Assembly (NCBI RefSeq): GCF_964204865.1
Contig: NC_135256.1
Coordinates: forward strand, 6,076,001-6,140,000
Reading direction: 5' to 3'
Source: Styela clava
Lineage: Eukaryota
Length of the DNA: 64,000 bases
Within the stretch, counting starts at the first letter, position 1. Every line of letters starts with the position of its first letter. Shown in pieces: positions 14,001-26,000 of this stretch. The position numbers were made by a program, and so were the translations under genes. The notes under the pieces are model-generated. The model searched no databases and was not told the DNA's origin. It saw only the letters and a list, made by a program, of their open reading frames with translations.

Positions 14001-17000
14001 TCAGTTGTTTGTTGTTGTGTTTGTATTGTTTGTCTCATGTGTTGTCCTGTCTTCTTGAAGTTTAATCTCACACATAAGTCCAAATTAGCGAACAACATCT
14101 ATTTATTCATGCATTTGAAACACAAAACACCCAAATTTGAGATTGTTGTATTGGAGGCACTTGGTTCAGTGGGAATTTCATAACACGGTGTTGAACTGAC
14201 AATCGTTTTCATGCTCCAAACATTTTACATAATAAATTTGCTTCGTTACTGAAAAATTTCTCATTATTGCCAAATTGTCCTACTATGCTGCTTTGCAAGT
14301 AGATTAGAACAAGGTAGAAGATAGCTGCTTAATAATCATGGTGTAGCAATGGCTAACATAATTATTAATTTTCCTGCTTGCTGATTGTGATTTTTATTTC
14401 TTGAGTGTTAAAAGTTTAGTGTGATTGAAAATATTTCATTGGCTTTCCATCGCTGCTATTATAATTAGTTTGCTGCTGAATGATGCTACCATGTGTGTTT
14501 GGCCAACCAGGTTCGAATTAGGTATTTGGAGTTGATCAAAATTGATAATTTTGTTAGGCGCCCGAATTAGTGGCAACATTTAGTTCATCTAATCAATGAC
14601 ATGCAGTATCCACTGTTTACAAATGATTGAATTGCCTCCTTGCTCTGAGTAACACTATGAAAAGTAAAAAAAACGTGTGATATTGCATTAATACTTATTT
14701 AGTTAGTTTGAATATTAAAAGAGAAACTCGAGAGTGTTTGCAAAATTGGTTTGATTATTTTTAAATATTTATAAAATTTCTAGTTGCCGCAAAAAGAAAA
14801 AGGGATTTTGTGCAATCAAATAAATGCTTACTCAAATGTTATACTTATTCAATTTATTGGAATATTGTGCATTTTCGTACAAATAGAAACCTCATTTTGT
14901 GTGTGTATGAGTGTGTGCGAGATTGTTTTGTGGTTCTAAAGCAATGGTTCCCAACCTTGAAATAATTATATCAAGCAATGAAACTAGGAATTTTTTGTGA
15001 AGGAAAAAGTAAAATCTGTTTTGCACCTAGCATTGTGGCCCCACTTTAACTGCTCTGTAGCCCCCTTGGGGAGCTATGAGCTCTAGTTTGAGAACCATTG
15101 TTTTGAAGTGTGTGTTTGTTCACATTATATCATCGTAGCATTTAATTATGTAGTGAATATGCTATATATAATTCATGCTATTAATAATGTGCTTTTGATT
15201 TTTGCTTTTTCTTTTCCAAAACCGACCCTGAACCCTCCCAAACTGTTTTAATTTTGCTTTTATTAATTTGATTTGCATGTGCTTCAATGATTTACTAATT
15301 ACTGATTTATGCAAAAATTTTGGAAACTTCAAATCATGCTTTTGCTTTAATTTATTGACGCTGCTTTAATGCAACTACTAACGATCATACAAACATAATG
15401 ATTGGGATCAAATTTGGTTGTAAATATAATTTTGAAACAATATTTAAATTGTGGAATATATCATCATTTAAATATTTGTGTTTGGTTACTTTGTTTTCAA
15501 TGAGAATTTAAAATAACATGATGAATAAATAAAATAAAAAACATTATTACTGCGTTAAAAACTGAAAAAATCGAATGAAAACCATTGACAAATAATTGAA
15601 ATTAAATTAACCCGTTTCACCAAAATCCCCCAAATTGGCACCACGTTTCCACTCCAACCTTGACCCCTAACCCCACGAACAAATCATCAACACTAAAGGG
15701 CGATCGAGGTGACCAAGGCAAGAGCGGACAACCCATTGAAGTTCCCCATACAGGAGCAGCTACAGGGGACGAAACACCTATAGACGGTTTCCGCGTAAGA
15801 ATCGAATGCAACAAACATTTTAAAAATATACCATAAAACAAGCCATTATTTTTATCTCATTCTGAAAGCAAAGGGGTTAGAGAATGAAACGCATTTACCA
15901 ATACAACTTAGAAATCTGTATTTACCCACAATTCACCCACATGACATACCTCATGTGTTCTGGCCACCCTTGATGAGTTAAACCAACATCATACAGAATT
16001 TTGTAAGATAAACCACTTACGTGTTGTGTTTTCCGATAAATGTTGTCTCGGAATTTCTCCAGACGTCTGGTATTTGACAAATGATTAATTGAAATATCAC
16101 TGCTAAGCTTTTTAGGTTTCTTTCCTTAATATCGGAAACAAAAATAACACTGTGTGTGGCCTCTCCTATTACTTTAAAAATATACGATAAATTTTAATTA
16201 GAGTATGCTAACTAGACTAAATTTCAAAAACAAAAATAATGATACAAATATCTAAAGTAACTGATTGGTCTAGAAATTGATTATGGGTAATCAAAAATGG
16301 ATTTGTTCATTGCGCGAAGTCTCGCATCTTACGTGTATTTACTGCACCACCATTTAGTTATGTATGGTTTCAGTATTTTTTGACACTTCAGAGGTAGTTG
16401 ATGACTTTGCTCAGAGGTGGGAAAATTCCCAATAATATTGCATTTAAAAGATTTTGACAAATGTTCAATAATTCGTCAGAAAAAGCAAAATTTTTGAAAC
16501 CCAACCTCAATGCTTTCGGAATGAAATAAAAAGTAATGGTTTCATAAAACCAACACACATTGAATAAACCGCTGACTCATCATATATTTATGTGTTTTGT
16601 TTTGTCTGTCATGTTGTTGTTCATGTTCTTGAATATATGTTGTTGTACTGTTGCTGCTGAAAGTCAGAAATGTTAGTTTGGGCATATTGTTGATTTTCCT
16701 TGCATGAAATTATTCTGCACAAGCAAATGAAAGAGCATTTTAGCTATTTTTAAATGTGCAATTTCGTCATAAGGTGGAATTATCAAAATAACGAGATATT
16801 TCAAGACGCCAAAATATGTCCAGACTCTACATTTCTGACTACTTTTTGTTTTGTTATTTTATGCTACAAACGTATTCATAAATCTATGATTAGAAGAGGT
16901 AAGTATCGAAATGGGGGTCTTAGGATGGTGTTCATCCTATAATGGTAGATATCTAATGGTGGATCGTACATCATCCATGTATATAGTAAATTGTCCTTTA

Positions 17001-20000
17001 TTGCATTATTTGAACAAGCAATGTGAATTTGGCGACCGGTATACATTCACATATTTGATGATACAATCACTTTCAAATTACCCCGACTATGTTGTACTCT
17101 AAAATTCAGATTTTCCAGTTTAAGGTCCTATCTCTCCCCCAATCCCGACAGTTTTCATTTAAGTTGAAGACTGTCAAATAATAGAAATAATGTATAGGCT
17201 ACTAAGCAAGAAATATAATATTTGTAAAATTTAATCAGGGTGAATCAGGGTTGCCTGGTACACCTGGTAAGCCAGAGGAACCACAGATTGAACCGGGTTC
17301 ACAGTTCACCGTGAGTATAAATTGCATGATAATATTTGTTGACGAAGAAATATGCAGAAATAATTTCTTTTTTGTTTTGTTAATTGGCTAAGAAATGGGG
17401 CGTTTGAAGAGTTTTCAAATCTTTATCGGTTTAGAGCATTCTACCAATGTTATGAATAAAAGAATGGATAAAATTGAATCCGTGAAAAGTATTGCAATTT
17501 TGCAGGCACTCGAAATGATGCTGGTCGTGGTGTAACACATTACTGCTTTTCAGTAATCTAATGAATTCACTAAACTATACTAGTGACAGTAAAATGGGTT
17601 CTAGACTCAGATGACAGAATATAAATGAAGTAATCATTTGATCTCGATAATAATAAATACAACATAAAGCAATATTCGAGATTTCAAATCAGTTTCAATT
17701 TGCCATGTGTTACAAAAATATTGGACTTTTGAGTTTTTGCACTCTGCAAATACCTGGTTTTTAATGATCTATTTGAAGTTTACATTTCTAATAAAGACTT
17801 CAAAGTTTATTAGTTGTTTAATGGATTATTGATTTTAGTTTATATTTATAATGCCTAATTATAAATTGCATTGAAGCTGTTTTTGTTATATTAAACTGGT
17901 AAGTATTGACATTGTTCTGATTTCAAAATGCATTTTACCTTTAAAAAATTATCAGCAGTTTTTCAATGTGTGTTGGTTTGTACTTTATTTTAATTTTACT
18001 CATTATTGAATAATTTGATTATATGGCATTTAATGGATACTTGAATACGAACTGTTTAGAAAGTTCATGCTAGGGAGAAAGTCAATCCTGTGTCGAAAGA
18101 ACTCGTTAAAATCAAAATTTGAAAATAAATTTGTCTTTTGAATGATTTATATAATACATAATGATTTTGTTGCAAAATTTAAGATATCATGAACAGAATT
18201 TTTAAAATTTTATAATATTCAACTATTCTGTTATATGAAATCCCATATATGTACCCTTTATATATGGTTTCTACAATGCCATTGGATAGATTCCTTCACT
18301 CAAAATATGATATATTACATTGATAGTATGTGCGCCCTGAAAATTCAAGTAAACAAAACCTTAATTCTATAAGTTCGTTAAGTATTAGTTGAACTTACAT
18401 TTGCTTATTAAACAGGGTGAACCAGGAGACCCAGGACCAAGGGTATGGTTTATTCTTTATTTTCCATGAATTACGATTTAGTTTATGAATTGTTTTTCTC
18501 CGATTTTTTTAAAAGTACCATTTGTGAATCGTGGTACATAATACTACCTTCTAGTTGATCTGCTCTAGATAAGTTTTTGTACAAGTTATTAGGAATTATG
18601 TTGACAACTAGATTAAATTAGTATTCCCGTCATAAATTTCAGAATTGTAAATTAGGTATTGTTCCTTTTTAAAAATGGTTTTACATGGCGTTTCTGAATG
18701 ATAACTAATAGCGTACTAGTTGACTATTATTTATTCCATAGTGACTATTCTGTTTGTGGTATAATAATTATTAGTTCTTGTATCTGTCAGTATACTTTTA
18801 ATTTTTGATAATTCAATGGAAAATATTGTTCATTCATTATTTTTATTTCAACTGATTTCAGGGACCAGCAGGTTCAAAGGGAATGCGTGGCGATACTGGA
18901 CCATCTGGAGAACAGGTACTTCATATATTTTATTATTTTAGTCTCTATTTATATAGCAGTGCATTTCAACCTTTTTGGTGAATAGAAACCCCAATGTATC
19001 ATTTCAGAGGAACCCCTGTGCAATAGTGCAATTGCAGGGGGTATATTCAATTGGCTAACACAGACAGTCCCCAAACTCGTAATATAACCAAAATAGGGAT
19101 AATCTGAATAAAATTATGGCCTAACCTTAGCCTGGTACACATACTACGGGAGTATTGTATAAACTAATAAAAAATATGAAAACAAACCTAATACGGGCAA
19201 AACAAAATGATCTTTGAAGTGTAGCAAGTTTAATAACAATGGCAAACCTAATAGATATTTGATTATATTCAACAATATACATATATTAATATGGACTCTC
19301 GGAACTGGTTAAAAATCATTATTTATATGTTATTTATACATGCTCATTTAGTAAGAATTAAATTGTTTAAATTCTTTATTCTTTATTTCAGGGTTTGACA
19401 GGAATGAAAGGACCAAAAGGAGAAAAGGGCGAATACGGACCTCCAGGACCTCAGGTACGTTATGCCTTACAATAATGAATACAAAGATGGTGGACGTCGA
19501 GTTTTATCGTCTATTCTTTCTATTATATCGTAAAAGTACGATTACATGTGATGTTATCAATAGACAATTTTGGATTCGCTGGCACCAGTTAGCTGCATTG
19601 CATGGAGTGCCGTTTTGGGACAATTTCCAGATAATTTCAATATTAAATCGTATCGTTATTTTACAGAGTACGAAAATCGGAAAACCTGGAATTCCGGGAA
19701 TAAACGGTTATGACGTAAGTTTATTTTTGATATTTGTTAATACCATTTTTTGGGGTGGAGGCTGGAGCAGGACTGGATTGACCATTAAGCAAAATAAGCA
19801 CGTGCTTAGGGCAGCACGAGAAGGGGGCACCACAGAAATTTTCACAGGCGAAGTTAAAATAGTGCCGCGGTGTTGAATGAAATAATTCGAGTTTATCAGA
19901 TGACACAAATCTTAATATTGTCCCGGTTAAATTTGTCGAGAATATCATTCCAAAATACTATAAATGTTTGTAGGTTAAAAAAACTATTTCGAAAAATAAC

Positions 20001-23000
20001 GCCAGTTTCATTATTACTATTTTTTTTACATATATGGTACAAAGTCAGTGCTCAGGGCCTCTAAAATGTCGTTCATGGGTCGAGTTAAGTTGGATACTAG
20101 TCGACATTTATCAAATACTCGACCCGAGTGATCTGGAAATAAATGACTCAGTCTTGTAATTGCCTCGAGACTCGATTTCCTGTGACTTGATTTGACTTTT
20201 CCCGGGGTTTGGGAACTGGTTATTACTAGTTGTGTATCTTTAATTTTGTTGAGGGGGCATTCAATATCTACAAATTTATAACATTATAACATGACGTCAT
20301 ATTTACGTTTGCCTGAAATGCAAAATTATATTTATAGGTACCCCGGTATACGTACGCTCAACGCCTGAATATATTTGGTAAAAAGTTGAATTACCGGTAC
20401 AAGGTTTGCTCTAATAAAATTTCACATAACCTGGACGCGTGACACCATATTACCCGTTTCCAATCACTATGAGGGTCGGGCGCTCGTGGTATTATCTGCA
20501 TTAGTAAATATTTCATCATTTTAATAAAGACACACTAAATTATCTCATACATGTATGGTATTTCATTTTCAACAACGAAAAATGTGTCTTAATAGTTCAC
20601 TATTTGTTCCACAGGGTGAATCCGGAGAACGTGGTACCCCTGGGCGTCCAGGCCGATCAGGACGTACAGGAGACAAAGGAGAGCCAGGTTCAGTTGGACC
20701 GCCAGGCCCACCTGGAACATCAGGACTTAACGGAATTGCAGGACCCCCAGGATCACCGGGAGTACCAGGTAACGTTGGCCCAAAAGGTTATCGGGGATTT
20801 GATGGAATAAACGGACAACCCGGAGCAAAAGGAGAAGCTGGATTTCCAGGAGATACTGGAGAAGAAGGACCTGTTGGATTGCCAGGTGTTGGGCTTCCTG
20901 GTAGACCAGGACAAGATGGGTTGCCTGGAAAACCTGGTGAGATATTTGTTTTTTGCATAGTCTGTTTTTATTTTCGGCACTCCAGTAGTGAGTGTACCAA
21001 TATGGGGATAACTAATTTCTTTTGTCTATTTTTACATCAAGTTGTGTAAAGGGACTAAAACCTGTGGGCAGGAAGTATATTTATTTGGCTAACACTGACA
21101 GTCTCCGAATTCGTAATAGAACTAAAATGGGAAAGATCGGAATTTAATTTTGGCCTAACCCTAACCTGATACACAGACGACGGGACTACCCTATTTTCTC
21201 TGGTCCGGTCTTCATAACAAATATTGTCAGAAATGATCTGCCTGCACAAATATCGCAATGAAATGTGGAAATTTAAGCGCTGATTGCTTTTTTCCTGACA
21301 TGTATTGTTTTGAGTTCCTATTAACCTTAAAAATGGACTTCGTCCATGTATAAACCTAACAATAGCCATACAGGGTGTCGATAAAGTCCCTTAACAATTT
21401 CAATTTTGTTATGAAGACAGTTCTTAATATAAATTAATCAGATTCGTTGTTTGTTGATCAGTAATTATTTAAATATTTTCACTTCATTTAATACATCTGT
21501 GAGGGCCAAAACAATATATGGTATCGATAAATTCCCTTTGCAATATTAAAAAATTCTAAGACCTCATGGACACCCTATATATCTTCCACTGAATATACAA
21601 TTATAGTTGAACCAAATATAACTAATAACCAAACATAAAATTTGATATGCTTTGAACACTATTGAAATGAGATTTCATATCACAGTAGATCATTTTGCAA
21701 CCCATTTTGCATCCCATATAAACCATGTATTATTATCACAGGTGCTGTTGGTAATTCTGGTACTCCTGGCAGACCCGGTGGAAAAGGAGACGTTGGATTG
21801 ACAGGACTGACAGTTCGTGGACCTCCTGGTGATGATGGTCTTCCTGGACGCCCAGGAGTCACTGGCCCGCCAGGATCACCTGGCCCAGTCGGTACCCGTG
21901 GTAGAGATTATATCATTACTGAAGAGGACATGTCGAACATGGTCACTCCAGGGAAACCTGGTTTACCGGGACCTCCCGGACCCGCTGGAAGCCCTGGACA
22001 ACCTGGGGCATCTGGTAAGTCTATTTGATTTTTAAAGACATACTTATATCAGTGATTTTCAACGAGGGTTACGCGGCAAACTATGGACAGTACAGTCCTC
22101 TTTTTTCGGACGTTTGAATTCACAACAGGAGTATGTATTAATATATGTACATTGTTTAAATATAATAATCAAATCCTTATTAAATTTGCTGCACTTCGAA
22201 GATCATTTTGTTTTGCTAGTATTGCTGTGATCTGACATGGGAAAACTAATGCCCGCAGACCAAATCCGGCCCGTTGAGTAATTCAATTTGGCCCACCTGA
22301 TGCTGCCCACGACCAAACTAATACCAAATTTTTATGTTTCAGTGAAAAAATAGCTCAATAAATTTGTTGAGATTGCGATTAAATTTAGCACGAGGCTTAT
22401 TGTTTTCTACTTTTGCTTTTGTAACAATGTAAATATTGTTCATAAAATGTAACTTTTTACGTTACACCTACATGGCCCGCCAGTCTAGGTGGGCAAAATT
22501 TTTGGCCCTTGGTCCAGAACCTTGCCCATCCCTGGCTGTGGTGGTGGTACACTGTCTAAAACAAGTACGGTTTTGGCGATTATCTCAATATTTCAAGCCT
22601 GAATCCACTCTATGTTTGGTTAAGTTTTTACATAGTGATTCATTCTAAATGCTAAAATTTTTCTTCCCATTTTAGGACGTACCGGACCGCATGGGCCAAA
22701 AGGAGAAGAATGTGGGCTCTGTCCTGTTGGTCCTAAAGGAGAACCTGGAATCTCAGGTCTATCGGGTCTCCCTGGTTCTGCGGGGATTGACGGAACCGTA
22801 GGAAAGCCTGGAACTCCTGGAGAAAAGGGATTGGGTGGAATTTCTGGATTGCCTGGAAGACAGGTACATTTGTTTATGTTTTTTAACATGTTTTGCATTT
22901 TTGTTTTAAAAAACACTTTTATATTGAAAAGAGGGTACTACAGAAGTATGTGCACCAAGATGGCGGACACCGGAATGTTGTATGTGTACCACTTTATGGT

Positions 23001-26000
23001 TAGGCCATAATTTTAGGTACAAATACTGCGAGAGTCACTTGGCTGGTCACCGAACTCGTAATAAAACTAAAATAAGAAAAATTTAAATAAAATTATGGCC
23101 TATTCCTAACCTGGTGCACACACGACGTTCAGGTGTCTGCCATCTTGATGCACATACTTCTGGAGCGCCGAAAAGAGATTAAAAAAAAAATTTAAAGTAC
23201 CTTGAGAGTTAGCAATATAGTAGGTGTCATGATCTAGTTGGCAGAATGTTGGGTTTCAGCTGATTTGAGCGACGCAGATTATAAAGGCTGATTTTGGGCC
23301 CCCATTCCCCCTTTTCACCGATTGAAAAATTTGTTTTCAAACTCCCATGCCCCATGCATATTGCCTAATCAAGAATATATCACTTGAGGGATTCAAAACT
23401 TTTAAGAACACGTGGACCCTCCCTATTTCTAATTCCTAAATTGAAGGCTTGCTTAGTGCTCTTTTAGGGGCGCTCCAGAAGTGTGTGTACCAATATGGGG
23501 TTAACTAATTTTGTTCGCATACTTTACATCAAGTTGTGTAAAGGGACGGAAGCATATGGGCGGAGGTATATTTACTTGGCTAACACAGACAGTCCCTGAA
23601 CTCATGATAGAACTAAAATAAGGAAAATCGGCCTAACCCTAACCTGGTACACAAACTACGGGAGTACCCTTTTAGGAGTGAAAGTCTAAACCATTTTATT
23701 GTAGCCCCAAGCAAACATTTTGCAAATGTAGATAGATATACTTTGATTGACTCTCACAAACGACTTTTTTATTCAAGGGATCCCGAGGACCTGAAGGATT
23801 TCCTGGAGTTGAAGGATCAAAAGGAGAGCCTGGAGAAAGCACTATAATTGAAATAAAAGGAGAAAAGGGTTTGTACTTATTTCTCTTTAGTTTGTTTACT
23901 TAGACTGCGAAATTTTATTCTCCGTATAAGTCGTTGTGCTTTTTATTAAAACACTATTTTATTCATCCAATATTGAGGTAACTAATTTTGTTTGCCTACT
24001 CTACATCAAGTTGTGTAAAGGAACTGAAATCTATGAGCAGGGGGTATATTCACTTGACTAACATAGACAATCCCAGAACTTGTAATAGAACTAAAATAAG
24101 GAAAATCAGAATAAAAACATGGCCTAACCCTAACCTGGAACACATACTACGGATGTACCGGAATATTTATGTAACATAATTTTATCTCTATTCTTTTGGC
24201 CCGTCACATCATGTTAAAAATATTCATAAATTTTGTTATTTTTTTGTTGTATAGGAAAGAAATTGCTAATAGTACAATTTTTCTTCCAGGAAGTCCAGGT
24301 CCCAGTGGAATCGCCGGTGAACCAGGAAGGAATGGTCTTCCAGGAAGGTAAGAACCGTTTTATGTTATTCATCTTTCTAAGTGAACAAGAATTTCAAAAT
24401 TCCTAGGTTGAGGTTTCGAGAAGATTTAAATCTATCTAATTAGGGATAAATCACTCAAGTTTTAAACAAAACTGTTTCTCATTGGATAATTATCCGGGTT
24501 TATCACAATTGCTTGGATATGAAATAAATAACATTCAGCACTTATGAAGAGCTGGTCTTAATACAATTGTTTCGATGTGAAATAAATAACTTTCAGCACT
24601 TATGAAGTTATTTTTCCATAAAACAGGGACGGTTTTGATGGACCAATGGGCGAAAAAGGAATTCGCGGAGAGGTTGGGCCACCCGGTAGTATGGGGTACA
24701 TGGGAGAACAAGGCGGCAGAGGGTTGCCTGGTTTACCTGGACGAGATGGACAAAGTTTGCCTGGAGAAACTGGATCTAAAGGAGCAAAGGGAGAGGAAGG
24801 AATGAATGGACTACCAGGATTGCCTGGTCAATTAGGTAAGGGATATTGCTATTTTTACTCTAAATTCAGCCCTTCTAGGGGGCTATGTTTCCAATATATT
24901 TTTAGGGAATTATTTCCAATATGTTTTGGGGGGTATATTTCCAATATAATTTTGGGAGGTATAATTCCAATATAATTTTAAGGGGTATATTTCCAATATA
25001 ATTTTGGGGGATTTATTTTCAATAATTTTTGGGGGGTATATTTCCGATATAATTTTTGGGGGTATATTTCCAATATAATTTTAGGGGATTTCTTTCCGAT
25101 ATATTTTTGGAGGGTATATTTCCAATATAAATTTAGGGGATTTATTTCCAATATTTTTTGGGGGGTATATTTCCAATATATTTTTGGGGGATTTATTTCC
25201 GATATATTTTTGGGGAGTATATTTCCAATATAAATCTGAGGGGTATATTTCCAATTCATTTTTGGGGAGTAATTTTCCAATATATTTTTAGGTTGCAATA
25301 TTTCCAATATATTTTTGTTTTTAGAGGTATGATTCTTTACCCACTGTTATTTATAAGGCTTTCTAGGAGGAATATTTCTGTTTTCAGGGGTATTGCTCTG
25401 TTATCCACTTCGATTTCTAAGGCTTTCTTTCCATGGTGCAATAATTCCCATTTATATATTACTGTTTTAAGGGGTATTTCCCCCACTTCAATTTTGAGAC
25501 CTTTCTAGGTTCAATGTTTTTTATATATTTCCGTTTTCACAGTTTTATTGACTGTTTATTTGTTAAAACCGCGCTGACGAGATATTAGATAGTCTGTATT
25601 ATTCTCACTGTTTACCACATCGTACATTGTATGAGACTGTGAATTAAATCGTCGATCTCGTTACCCATAATGTGTACAGGTCCCCTTCTCGCCGCCGTAT
25701 TGTCGGTTACGGCTTCCTTCACCATCAAGTCATGCATTTGAAACAAAAAACTGGCTAACTAATCCAAAACTCGACAGACTGGTAACCGGACGAGAGGCCA
25801 TGGTACACCTTATGAAAAAGCCATTTTATGGACATTCCTCTTCCCCGGGATAAATATGAAGATCCTATTCTATCTCAAATCACTGCAAAGATTCGCTGTG
25901 TCTAAATTTGTAAAGGGTGGGGTGATTCAGGAACCCTTTTTTCATTGCAAACACATTCACTTTCAGGACCAAAAGGAGAGCCTGCTGCATCACGCATAAT

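Noticed and set aside
17877-18080. Perfect donor ctg|gtaagt at 17899 and a 7-nt GGAGAAA microexon candidate at 18074-18080
   Set aside because: No matching acceptor or polypyrimidine tract, and not frame-preserving.
24978-25508. Repetitive ORFs, or a CRISPR-like array
   Set aside because: Simple minisatellite with no unique spacers, in a eukaryotic intron.
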